Shown here: piece by piece, positions 16,395 to 24,724 of the stretch
Layout: each line of letters begins with the position of its first letter
Numbering within the stretch: position 1 is the first letter of the stretch
NCBI GenBank assembly: GCA_045047305.1
Contig: JASFYO010000068.1
Span: forward strand, 1-33,426
DNA: 33,426 bases
Direction of reading: 5' to 3'
From: Planctomycetota bacterium
GTDB lineage: Bacteria > Planctomycetota > UBA1135
Translations under genes and position numbers: made by a program
The notes under the pieces: model-generated
Told to the model about the DNA's origin: nothing
What the model saw: the letters and a program-made list of their open reading frames with translations, nothing else
Database searches by the model: none

Positions 16395-19304
16395 CTATTC
16401 GTCTTCGGTAATAAGCTCTTCCACAATCTCCGGAAGAACCACCAAAACGGAAGCGCGGTCGGGCAATAGATATTCAGCGGCTAAAGCCGAGAGGTCTTTC
16501 ACCGAAAGGTTTTCGTAGAACTTCACCAATACGCGCAACTCATCCAGCGATTCTGGACGTGATTGCGCATTCCCCAAAGTGGACAACCAATAGCCGTTCG
16601 TGCGCTGGGCGTCGCGTAATTGATTGAGCAAAGGGCCAGACAAACGATCCACCTCTTCCTGGGTCACCCCGTCGGTGGCCAAGCTTTGCGCCACACCGCG
16701 GCAAGCTTGCACAAGTTCATCGACCTTGCTGGGATCACCGTTTGCCCGAATTAGCAAGCCTCCTAACCCGTGATAAATCTGCGAGGACTCAGCGCCTGCG
16801 CCAGGAGAATAAGCAGCGCCCAAACGCTCGCGCACTTCCAAACGCAGGCGATCATTCACGATGGAGCCCAGAAAGGAAAGATTACGCCGGTTGGCTGCGA
16901 CCATGCCGTCGGTAGTTGGAAACAGCATCATCAGAGTTGCCTTTTGATCCAGGGTGTCGATGGAGCGTTCCACCTTGACTCCCGCGACCACTTTGACACC
17001 AGAGCGACGGCCTTCGTAGGGGTTTACAGCGCGACGGGGTTCTAAAACACCAAAAGTTTGAGCGCCGAGTGCAATGACCTGGTTGATGTCGATATCGCCC
17101 ACGATGGTGATTTCCATGGGAGCCGTCTTCAAGTGAGGCTCAATCGCCAAACGTATATCTTCCATTTCAACGCCTTGCAGTTCTTCTAGACTTGGGAAAT
17201 ACGAAAGCCCAAGTAGGCTTGCACGCTTACCGCCAAGAATGACAGCCGGAGCGAAATCGAACAACATTGGGCCATCTGGCAAGTGCTTGAAGCGTTCAAA
17301 AATCAAAGGCACGTTGGCCCGGATGACGTTCAGCAAGTCCGGGCGATAGCCTGGGTCCTCCAGAAATGCACAAGTCAACTCAAACTGCAGCAGCAGGTCC
17401 TCTGGTGTGGTTGCGCCTGCAAAGGAAAAATGGTCGTCTTCAATGGTCATGCTGACCCCTACCTGCTTACCAGCAAGAATGCGACGCAACTCATCAGAAT
17501 CGTGCTCTTCTAGCCCACCTCCGATATATACGCCAAATCCCGCAAAGGCTGCTGAGACCAAAGCTTCCTCATCGATCGCGAGGTTGCCTTCGCCTACGTG
17601 TGCATTCACTAAAACTTGGTTGTCCTTAAAATCGGTCTTCTTGAGATTGAGACGTACACCATTAGCGTACTCCACCTGCCAGAAATCTAGGTCCTCGATG
17701 TAGACCTGCTTCTTGACGTCGCCGGCCATGCTGGCATCGGAAGCATAAGCAAAGGGCTTTACTTCGATGATGGCGCCTTTAGCGATTTTCACTTCTTTCG
17801 CAGCAGCATAAGCAGCCATCAGAGCAGCCTCTGCATCTTCCAGCTCCAACCCACCACTAGTGGTAAGACTTAAGCTCCCGCCTCGCCAGTTATTGCGCAA
17901 AGCTTTTACACAATCCTCTACCGTGAGCGCCTCAAGCATCGGTCGGTAAATCTCGAGGTCATAGGCAGCATCCGTAGGGATGAATCCAGACTCCACTTCA
18001 GCAAGGATGGCTTCGCGGATTCCAGCACTGTGGGCTGTGGCTTGACGTGCAACGGCTTCGTCAAGGGTGCGCAATAGATCTGCACGTACTTCCTTTAGCT
18101 CCGCCTCTTGAAAGCCAAAGTTCAGTGCAATACGCAACTCAACATAAGCGGAAATCATCGACTCTTCCCATTTCTCCGACTCCGAGTTGACGGTGAGCTC
18201 TCCCCCTTCGAAGACCTCCAACCCGCCGGCGTTCGACACCGAGGCGCTCAGGTAAGGCGTGTCGGGCAGCTTCACCTTCTCCGAAAAGCGCAAGGCCATC
18301 ATCGAGTTCGCCACCTGCAAGACCAAGTCCTTCTGACGCTGGGCAATCGTGTCCTTGTTGTCGACAAAAGGCTTCAAATTAGCGACCGTGATTTGAACAC
18401 TTGGCAGCTCTGGCTCGTAGATGGAGAAAACCAAATCATTCATCAACGGCTTACCGGCTTCTGGCTCCTTTAAAACCGGGGTCCCCGGACCCTTGAAGTC
18501 TGCAAAAAACTCCTCAATTACAGTGCTAGGGTCGAGCCCACGCAGGTCGCCGACCACGATAATGGTCATGTTTTCTGGTCGATACCAACGCTTATAGAAA
18601 GCGGTCACCGATGCAGAAGTAAAGCCATCGCGAACAGACTTAACGCCAATCGGCATCCGGGTTGCATACCGCGTTCCGGCATACATTTTGTCGAGCATAC
18701 GAAGGAATGAGCGAAAGCCAGCGGAATCGCGCTCACGTTGCTCGCCATCAATCACCCCCTTTTCAGCTTGCACCTCATCTTCAGCTATGAGCATGCCACC
18801 CGCGAAATCGCGCATCACTTTCATGCCTTCACGCAGGACTTCTTCTTCTCGGCTAGGCATATCCAGCTTGTAAACCGTTTCTGAAAACGCGGTATGGGCA
18901 TTGGTATCTGCACCAAAGGACATGCCATGCCCTTGAAACCATTCGATCAGGGTACCGGCCTCGAAGTTCTCGGAACCGTTAAATGCCATGTGCTCTAAGA
19001 AATGAGCCATGCCGAGTTGGGTATCGGTCTCCCCAAAAGATCCCGCATCGACGTGCAGCCGTAGGTAAACCCGATCCTTGGGCTCCGGATTATTCGCCCA
19101 CGCATAACGCATACCATTCGCTAATGAGCCGTAATGAATACGAGCGTCGACTTTCAGATCGGACTCTTCGTGCGCCCAACTGCGGGCAGTTGCGGCTGGA
19201 AAGGTCTGCTCTTGAGCGGTTGCGGATGGCGTAAAAACACCAGCCGACAAAAGGGCTACAGCCAAATACGGCAAACGTAGCCATGAGGGGCGGGAAAGTT
19301 CCAT
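16395..19304 (-). CDS. M16 family zinc protease (PqqL-like), exported
   Basis: GMAHFLEHMAFNGS (HXXEH), FGADTNAHT, FYKRWYRPENM, LRLEVRERLGAAYSP; signal peptide ending PSATA-QE. ATG 19304 avoids overlap with the GGDEF gene. Confidence 0.95.
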   Translation of the reverse strand: MELSRPSWLRLPYLAVALLSAGVFTPSATAQEQTFPAATARSWAHEESDLKVDARIHYGSLANGMRYAWANNPEPKDRVYLRLHVDAGSFGETDTQLGMAHFLEHMAFNGSENFEAGTLIEWFQGHGMSFGADTNAHTAFSETVYKLDMPSREEEVLREGMKVMRDFAGGMLIAEDEVQAEKGVIDGEQRERDSAGFRSFLRMLDKMYAGTRYATRMPIGVKSVRDGFTSASVTAFYKRWYRPENMTIIVVGDLRGLDPSTVIEEFFADFKGPGTPVLKEPEAGKPLMNDLVFSIYEPELPSVQITVANLKPFVDNKDTIAQRQKDLVLQVANSMMALRFSEKVKLPDTPYLSASVSNAGGLEVFEGGELTVNSESEKWEESMISAYVELRIALNFGFQEAELKEVRADLLRTLDEAVARQATAHSAGIREAILAEVESGFIPTDAAYDLEIYRPMLEALTVEDCVKALRNNWRGGSLSLTTSGGLELEDAEAALMAAYAAAKEVKIAKGAIIEVKPFAYASDASMAGDVKKQVYIEDLDFWQVEYANGVRLNLKKTDFKDNQVLVNAHVGEGNLAIDEEALVSAAFAGFGVYIGGGLEEHDSDELRRILAGKQVGVSMTIEDDHFSFAGATTPEDLLLQFELTCAFLEDPGYRPDLLNVIRANVPLIFERFKHLPDGPMLFDFAPAVILGGKRASLLGLSYFPSLEELQGVEMEDIRLAIEPHLKTAPMEITIVGDIDINQVIALGAQTFGVLEPRRAVNPYEGRRSGVKVVAGVKVERSIDTLDQKATLMMLFPTTDGMVAANRRNLSFLGSIVNDRLRLEVRERLGAAYSPGAGAESSQIYHGLGGLLIRANGDPSKVDELVQACRGVAQSLATDGVTQEEVDRLSGPLLNQLRDAQRTNGYWLSTLGNAQSRPESLDELRVLVKFYENLSVKDLSALAAEYLLPDRASVLVVLPEIVEELITEDE

Positions 19305-19342
19305 GAGTCCCGCATGATACGCGGATTCATGCAATCTGTTGC

Positions 19343-20851
19343 CTAACGACCAGCGTCTAAACAACCTTTGCCAGAGCGCTTGGCGCGGTAAAGCGCTTCG
19401 TCAGCAGCGGCCACTAAATCTTCGAATCGTTCGACCTCATGATCTGGATAAATGGTCAAACCAGCGGACACCCCCGGCATCGGATCCATGGGTGGCAAAA
19501 CCTCACGAAGGTGCAGTTCGACGGCATCGCGTAGACGTTGCGTGAGGACAAACGCGCCCGCTCCATCGGTGTGCGACATCAACAGCGCAAACTCATCTCC
19601 GCCAATCCGCGCCACCATGTCGGATTGGCGAGTGGCGGTCTGTAGGTACGATGCGAAAACTTGCAACAAACGGTCGCCCGCTGGATGCCCAAGTTTGTCA
19701 TTGACGCTTTTGAAGTGGTCGAGATCGAACAACACCAAGCTCAAGGGGAAACCGTAGCGTCGGGCACGATCAAACTCTTGGTTTCCAAAGCGCTCAAAAG
19801 CTCGGCGGTTCAAGACTCCGGTCAACGAATCGCGTAGTGCAATTTCTTCAATACGGCGCCAAACTTCATCGGAGGATCCAACTTGCTGGTTGCGATCCAT
19901 CGCTTTACGTAAACGTTTGGCCAAATCCGTAATCGAAATCGCTGCGCAGGAAATCACCGGCATTTCCGGCGCCTGCTCCTGCACCGCCAAGGCCCATTCC
20001 ACACTCTTCTCCATATCCAAGTGGCGATCCAACAGCACGGCATCGACCTCGCCGGAAGTTGCGGCGCGCACCAATTCCTCAAGCCCCCGAGCAGCACGGA
20101 ATACGCAACGGATGCCTTCAGAGCGCAAGCAGTCCAGAAGATGAGCCGCGCGAGTCGGAGTGCTTCCTGCAACCAGGACCCGCACCAAGCTAATGCCGTT
20201 TTCTTCCATCGCGTGCCCGGACTCTGGCAAGCGTAGGTTCATATTGCCAAACATATCGACAATATGGCGCGAAGCCTTTTGCACCGAGCGGAATGGACGC
20301 TGCATATCCTTTGGCAAGCGATCCAACTCTTCTGTCGGCAACTCTGCATTCCAGCGCAGTGCGCCAAGCGGGTACTCAAGGTCGCTCAAAGTGGTGCCCA
20401 GCAGGTCCAAGACCAAGTTGGCGCGGTTGCTGTCCTCGCGCTTTTCTAAGTCCGTGAATAACTCGGAGACATCGTGCAACTGCACCATGACTAAATCTTT
20501 GCCGCGCACTGGCCCGCGGTGCGGATTCAACGACACCTGGACTTTCCGTTCCACGCTATCGCGCGAACGCAGATCAATGATTTTCGACCACGGACGTCCT
20601 CGGTGTAGGGCAACCCACAAATCTTGCACCCCATCGCCGCCGCTGGCATGTTCATGCAAAAGTACGCGTAAATTCAATTGAACCTTTGAATCCGACGGCA
20701 AATCGAACCAAGCACTGGCAGCACGATTGAAAAAGCGCAGCTGCCCGTCTGGTTCGGCGACCAGGACTGGGTCCGAAAGAGTGTCGAGACCAGACCACGG
20801 GGATCCCGCCGCCGACGCCTCCGAGGATGATGGATAAATCATGGGTTTCAA
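19343..20851 (-). CDS. Diguanylate cyclase (PAS, degenerate HisKA-like, degenerate REC, GGDEF)
   Basis: DSLTGVLNRR, DLDHFKSVND.LGHPAGD, I-site RQSD, RIGGDEF, ADEALYRAK; N-terminal PAS (DPVLVAEPDGQLRFFNRAA). Start may be ATG 20842. Confidence 0.93.
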   Translation of the reverse strand: MKPMIYPSSSEASAAGSPWSGLDTLSDPVLVAEPDGQLRFFNRAASAWFDLPSDSKVQLNLRVLLHEHASGGDGVQDLWVALHRGRPWSKIIDLRSRDSVERKVQVSLNPHRGPVRGKDLVMVQLHDVSELFTDLEKREDSNRANLVLDLLGTTLSDLEYPLGALRWNAELPTEELDRLPKDMQRPFRSVQKASRHIVDMFGNMNLRLPESGHAMEENGISLVRVLVAGSTPTRAAHLLDCLRSEGIRCVFRAARGLEELVRAATSGEVDAVLLDRHLDMEKSVEWALAVQEQAPEMPVISCAAISITDLAKRLRKAMDRNQQVGSSDEVWRRIEEIALRDSLTGVLNRRAFERFGNQEFDRARRYGFPLSLVLFDLDHFKSVNDKLGHPAGDRLLQVFASYLQTATRQSDMVARIGGDEFALLMSHTDGAGAFVLTQRLRDAVELHLREVLPPMDPMPGVSAGLTIYPDHEVERFEDLVAAADEALYRAKRSGKGCLDAGR

Positions 20852-20885
20852 ATCTTCACAATCGAATGGAATAAGAATCAGCTCT

Positions 20886-21350
20886 TTAGCCCTTCCTCAA
20901 GAGCCCAAGAATCAAGCGATTCGCATTTGGCAAAAGATCGGCCGCCTTAGCGAACCTGGCTCTGTGGAATGGATGACGGAGTAGAGTTCCACGCATGGTT
21001 TGTAGGCCATCGTGGTTTCCTATTTTATCATCGAGGCATTGGCCGATGCCAGCCATAAACACTCCAGCATTCAAGGTGTCTTGATTCACAAACCTATCAT
21101 CGCCCGTGAAGTCGGCAAGCTTGAGTGCGCTATCGCAGGCAGATTGCGCTACCAAAGGTTTATGTACCAAGCAGAAAATATTGCAATCTCCCACCGCCTC
21201 GGCGAGTCGAATCTCCCGTAGGTCCTGCCGTTGGCGTGGACTGCGTTGCAACCCCATTGCCCATGTCTGCTGACTTTGTGCATGCAAATCAGAATCCTGG
21301 ACCCTGTCAAACCCTGACCGGATTTCTTCAACTTCCATGCGCTTACTCAT
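20886..21350 (-). pseudogene. Degenerate and truncated HD(HDIG)-domain phosphohydrolase homolog (pseudogene or pseudo-enzyme)
   Basis: By eye colinear with a bacterial HDIG family: QDSDLHAQSQQTWAMGLQRSP, LVHK..V, DTLNAGVFMAGIGQCLD (cf. AGAIL[HA]DVGKLLE), RGTLLRHPF. The metal-binding Asp and the C-terminal HxAD helix are missing. Confidence 0.6.
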
Positions 21351-21401
21351 TAGGGGTTAGGCCTGCGAGGGCCTCGGCGGGGATGGTACCCTGTCGACAC
21401 C

Positions 21402-21950
21402 ATGTGGAGGAAGTTACCCGTCATCATCTTGTTTGCTGCTGTGATTCCGGCATGCACCACAATCTCCCGTACTCCTGGCCCAGCCCAATTGGACCATGAG
21501 CTTTTTTATGCCATCGACACCAACCCGGTAAATCTTGAGATTCCATTAAGTGGTGCGACATTCTCCAACGGCAGCATCGACGCCACGGTTTACCGCCGCC
21601 TCGCCGCAGCTTGGGAGGCCGGTGAAAAGCCAAGTTATCCACTCATCGGCCGCGAGCCGGCCTTGTGGCTGCGCGAACTGGAAGTAACTCCGGTTCTCGG
21701 GTCTGGCGGCAAAGTCCACCTCGAGGCCAAAGCCTTAGCCCCCTACCCGGTGCGGCTTACTCTACTCGCCATGGAAGGCGGGCATCCGGCCACCTTGTCG
21801 CAAACCAACTCGGAGGCCTGGAGCGCGGGCAGCCACTTTGGTGCGGTGTCCGCTGATTACGCTGCCTTCACTGGCACCATAATTATCGTGCGTGTCGAAG
21901 GAGCGCATCAGGCCATGGAGTCCTGGGTGCGCTTAATGCCTTCGGATTAA
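21402..21950 (+). CDS. Hypothetical lipoprotein
   Basis: MWRKLPVIILFAAVIPAC lipoprotein-type signal; fills the gap between flanking genes; TGgTACCCT 9 nt upstream. Confidence 0.7.
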   Translation: MWRKLPVIILFAAVIPACTTISRTPGPAQLDHELFYAIDTNPVNLEIPLSGATFSNGSIDATVYRRLAAAWEAGEKPSYPLIGREPALWLRELEVTPVLGSGGKVHLEAKALAPYPVRLTLLAMEGGHPATLSQTNSEAWSAGSHFGAVSADYAAFTGTIIIVRVEGAHQAMESWVRLMPSD

Positions 21951-21955
21951 AACGC

Positions 21956-23569
21956 TTAACGCGCGCGCTGAAACAGAAGCTCCACCCGCGGATCCAATTT
22001 CCAATCCCTAGTGCTCGCCCCAAGCGGCAAGGTTGTTTCGCGCTGCGTAATTTCAAAGACACCTTGCGCAGGCTGCCCATCCGCATCGGTCCAGCCGACA
22101 CGAAGTTTGAAACGGAAGAGTGGACCGGCTTGAGTTTGGCGTAAGACCAAGCTTCCATCTATGTCTTCCAGTTCCAGAACCGGAGCGCCCGCGCGCTCCA
22201 ACCACTGGTCAAAAAACCAATCCAAATCGCGTCCGGCAGCGGATTCCATAGCCTCAATAAATGCCGAGGAAACCACGGCTTGACCTAGGTGGTCTTGATA
22301 ATAGGTTTTGATACCGGCGAAGAACGCATCTTCTCCGATTTCTTGGCGCAACATGTGTAGCACCCAAGAACCCTTCTGGTAAGTGTTGGCGGCAACTCGG
22401 CTAAAAAAATCATTGGGCCGACGATAATCCTTCCAGCGCACAGGCGTATCTCGTGCGAACTTGGAACGCAGCCAACGCACACGATTCCCCTCCATAGCAG
22501 AGCGCAAACTTGGCCCCCCAACTTGCTCATGCAACCAAGGCCCAAAGTAACTGGCAAACCCTTCCGAAAGCCAGGCGTCTTCCCACTGGGCATAACCCAC
22601 ACCATCTCCGAACCACATGTGGGTGAACTCATGCGCCAAGGTTCCGACTCCAGCATCTGGGTAGTCAAACAAATTTTGCGCTAACCACACATTGCCGGGA
22701 TACTCCATGCCTCCCCACCGGGTGGGTATTTGCACAGTAGTGAATTTAGCGTATTGGTAAGGACCAAAGGTCTTTTCCATGGTCGCCATCCACTCGGAGT
22801 GGTGCACTAAACCGATTGCCGCCCGCTCCATATCTTCCGGGAAAACAAAGTGCGGTTGAATCCTTGAGTCTCCGCTTTCTACTACACGCAAAAAAGGGCC
22901 TGCGGCGAAAGCAAACAGACTCGGTGAGATATCACTCACCGTGACCCCCCGAAAACTTGCGCCTGGGGCTGCGCCCTTTACCGATGGCAGTTTTTTCCAA
23001 TCGCCGCTACCCACTGCATCCCAACCTGGTGGCACATGCAAAGTTAAATCGAATTGAGCCCGATCGGCATTAGAATCTTCGCAGGGCATCCAGCCACGCG
23101 CGTGATCCGTAAAGTGGTCGGTAAACAGATAAGTCGCACCGTAGCGGTTACGGTCGCGGTAGAGCCCGTCCGCCGGAGTCCCAGAAAAGGTGGCCGAGAA
23201 GAAAATATCGCTGCCGGCTGGAGCAATTGGATCTAACGGAACCCGAATCGCAAAATCGTTTTGCTCGATATGGATTCCCTCTCCAGACGCATTAAAGAAT
23301 TGGAGCTCCCACTCATCGCCGGTGGCGGCATCGAGAACAATGCTTTGCAGGTCCTCAAGCGCACGAAAATGGTAGGCGATACTGCCCTCAAACTCGCCGC
23401 CTGGTAGGACATGCAGATCAATCGTATAGGCGATTGCATCTTGCGCTTCATTGCCACGAAAGCCGGCACTTTGAGGCAAAGCGGTTGACGCCTGCGTGGA
23501 AGCTGCTGCTGGGCTGTCTTGCTGACAGCTACTGCATGCAACGAGGAGAAGGAAAGAGAACATCGGCAT
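21956..23569 (-). CDS. M1 family metallo-aminopeptidase, probable lipoprotein
   Basis: ARGWMPCED, GGMEY, AHEFTHMWFGD...WLSEGFASY (HEXXH-18-E), YQKGSWVLHMLR; N-terminal FLLLVAC. Confidence 0.95.
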   Translation of the reverse strand: MPMFSFLLLVACSSCQQDSPAAASTQASTALPQSAGFRGNEAQDAIAYTIDLHVLPGGEFEGSIAYHFRALEDLQSIVLDAATGDEWELQFFNASGEGIHIEQNDFAIRVPLDPIAPAGSDIFFSATFSGTPADGLYRDRNRYGATYLFTDHFTDHARGWMPCEDSNADRAQFDLTLHVPPGWDAVGSGDWKKLPSVKGAAPGASFRGVTVSDISPSLFAFAAGPFLRVVESGDSRIQPHFVFPEDMERAAIGLVHHSEWMATMEKTFGPYQYAKFTTVQIPTRWGGMEYPGNVWLAQNLFDYPDAGVGTLAHEFTHMWFGDGVGYAQWEDAWLSEGFASYFGPWLHEQVGGPSLRSAMEGNRVRWLRSKFARDTPVRWKDYRRPNDFFSRVAANTYQKGSWVLHMLRQEIGEDAFFAGIKTYYQDHLGQAVVSSAFIEAMESAAGRDLDWFFDQWLERAGAPVLELEDIDGSLVLRQTQAGPLFRFKLRVGWTDADGQPAQGVFEITQRETTLPLGASTRDWKLDPRVELLFQRAR

Positions 23570-23570
23570 C

Positions 23571-23849
23571 CTAAACGTGGACCGCGCGCAGAAGGACGTC
23601 GGTTTGGTGGAATGCTTGGCAGGCTAAACGCACTTCCTCTGGGCAACCGAAACCATCCAAGATAGCCTTCTCCAGACTTCCCGGTTCGGCAAGGTTCCCT
23701 TCAAGAACCTCCACTTGGCAAACTCCGCAACGGCCGGATTGACAGCCGAAAGAAATTGGCAAATCATGATCATAAGCAAGGTCCATCAACAGTCCTTCCC
23801 CCTCGATCACGAATTCCGAGCCATCGTGTTGAATGCGTAATTTAGCCAT
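23571..23849 (-). CDS. [2Fe-2S] ferredoxin (Fer2)
   Basis: FGCQSGRCGVC...RLACQ. Confidence 0.93.
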   Translation of the reverse strand: MAKLRIQHDGSEFVIEGEGLLMDLAYDHDLPISFGCQSGRCGVCQVEVLEGNLAEPGSLEKAILDGFGCPEEVRLACQAFHQTDVLLRAVHV

Positions 23850-24174
23850 TGTGATTCTCTAGGTTAGTTGCAAGCAATCGTTCGACCGGCTTACCGCCGA
23901 CCAAATGCGATTCTAAAATCTCCTCGACGTCGTCCTCCGAAAATCCGGAGTACCAAATATTATCAGGCATCACCACAGCATGTGGTCCACCCGTGCAAAC
24001 CCCGAGACAACTCGAGCGGCAAGCACGAATCTGGCCATTTAAATTACGCTGCTTCAAAAGACGCTTGAAGCTAGTGGCAATGGCCTCGCTTTGATGCACG
24101 CTACCACAAGCCTCTTTATGGCCGGCAGCACGAGCGTGGGTACAAACGAAAATCAGTTTCTCAGGTCTGGGCAT
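23842..24174 (-). CDS. Thioredoxin-like [2Fe-2S] ferredoxin
   Basis: IFVCTHAR...AC...SSCLGVCTGGPHAVVMPDNIWY...ILESHLVGGKPVERL; ATG 24174 chosen. Confidence 0.92.
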   Translation of the reverse strand: MPRPEKLIFVCTHARAAGHKEACGSVHQSEAIATSFKRLLKQRNLNGQIRACRSSCLGVCTGGPHAVVMPDNIWYSGFSEDDVEEILESHLVGGKPVERLLATNLENHNG

Positions 24175-24715
24175 AGTCAGAAAGAGCAGCGTAGCGCTGC
24201 CTGGCCTCCAAGATTTGGCTGCGGTAATCCCACGGACTCGGACTCTTCTCCTGTAGGCTCTGGAAATAGGCCTCACGACCCCCAGCGGCCTTCATTTGCC
24301 GGTCGACACGCGCCGGGCCCAAGCGATAACTAAGCAGGGCGAGATCCACATCGCCGTCATGCCGCTTCAGCATCTTTGACAAGTAACGCGCACCCATGCG
24401 TAGATTGTCCTCAGGAGAATAAGGTGGGCCCGGGATTTCCATCTGCGCGGCAAGCTCGGCGGCGGTCGGCGGCATCAGCTGGCATAACCCCAACGCACCA
24501 ACCCTGGAAACAGAGTCTGCCTTCCCCCTTGATTCAGAATAAACCAAGCCTGCAAGTAAATTGGGGTCAAGCTCATTGGCTGCGGCAGCATTTCGGATTT
24601 GCGGCATCCAATCCAAAACTCGCGTATCCGCGTGCGGCCAAGTCCAAATCCCCACGAGGACCAAGACTAAACCTAGAATGGCAAGCAAACCACCGAACGT
24701 GCGCTGATTTTTCAC
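24161..24715 (-). CDS. Membrane-anchored lytic transglycosylase (SLT domain)
   Basis: N-terminal TM helix; LDPNLLAGLVYSES (catalytic Glu), SRVGALGLCQLMP, NLRMGARYL, LALLSYRLG. Confidence 0.9.
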   Translation of the reverse strand: MKNQRTFGGLLAILGLVLVLVGIWTWPHADTRVLDWMPQIRNAAAANELDPNLLAGLVYSESRGKADSVSRVGALGLCQLMPPTAAELAAQMEIPGPPYSPEDNLRMGARYLSKMLKRHDGDVDLALLSYRLGPARVDRQMKAAGGREAYFQSLQEKSPSPWDYRSQILEARQRYAALSDYAQT

Positions 24716-24724
24716 TCTAGGAGT

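Noticed and set aside
19305..19364. ORF-track N-terminal extensions (M16 protease; likewise coaE, trxB, SDR, esterase, thioredoxin-like ferredoxin, HEAT protein, lipoprotein at 30180)
   Set aside because: They overlap neighbours or promoter boxes and precede signal peptides or first family motifs; downstream ATGs fit better.
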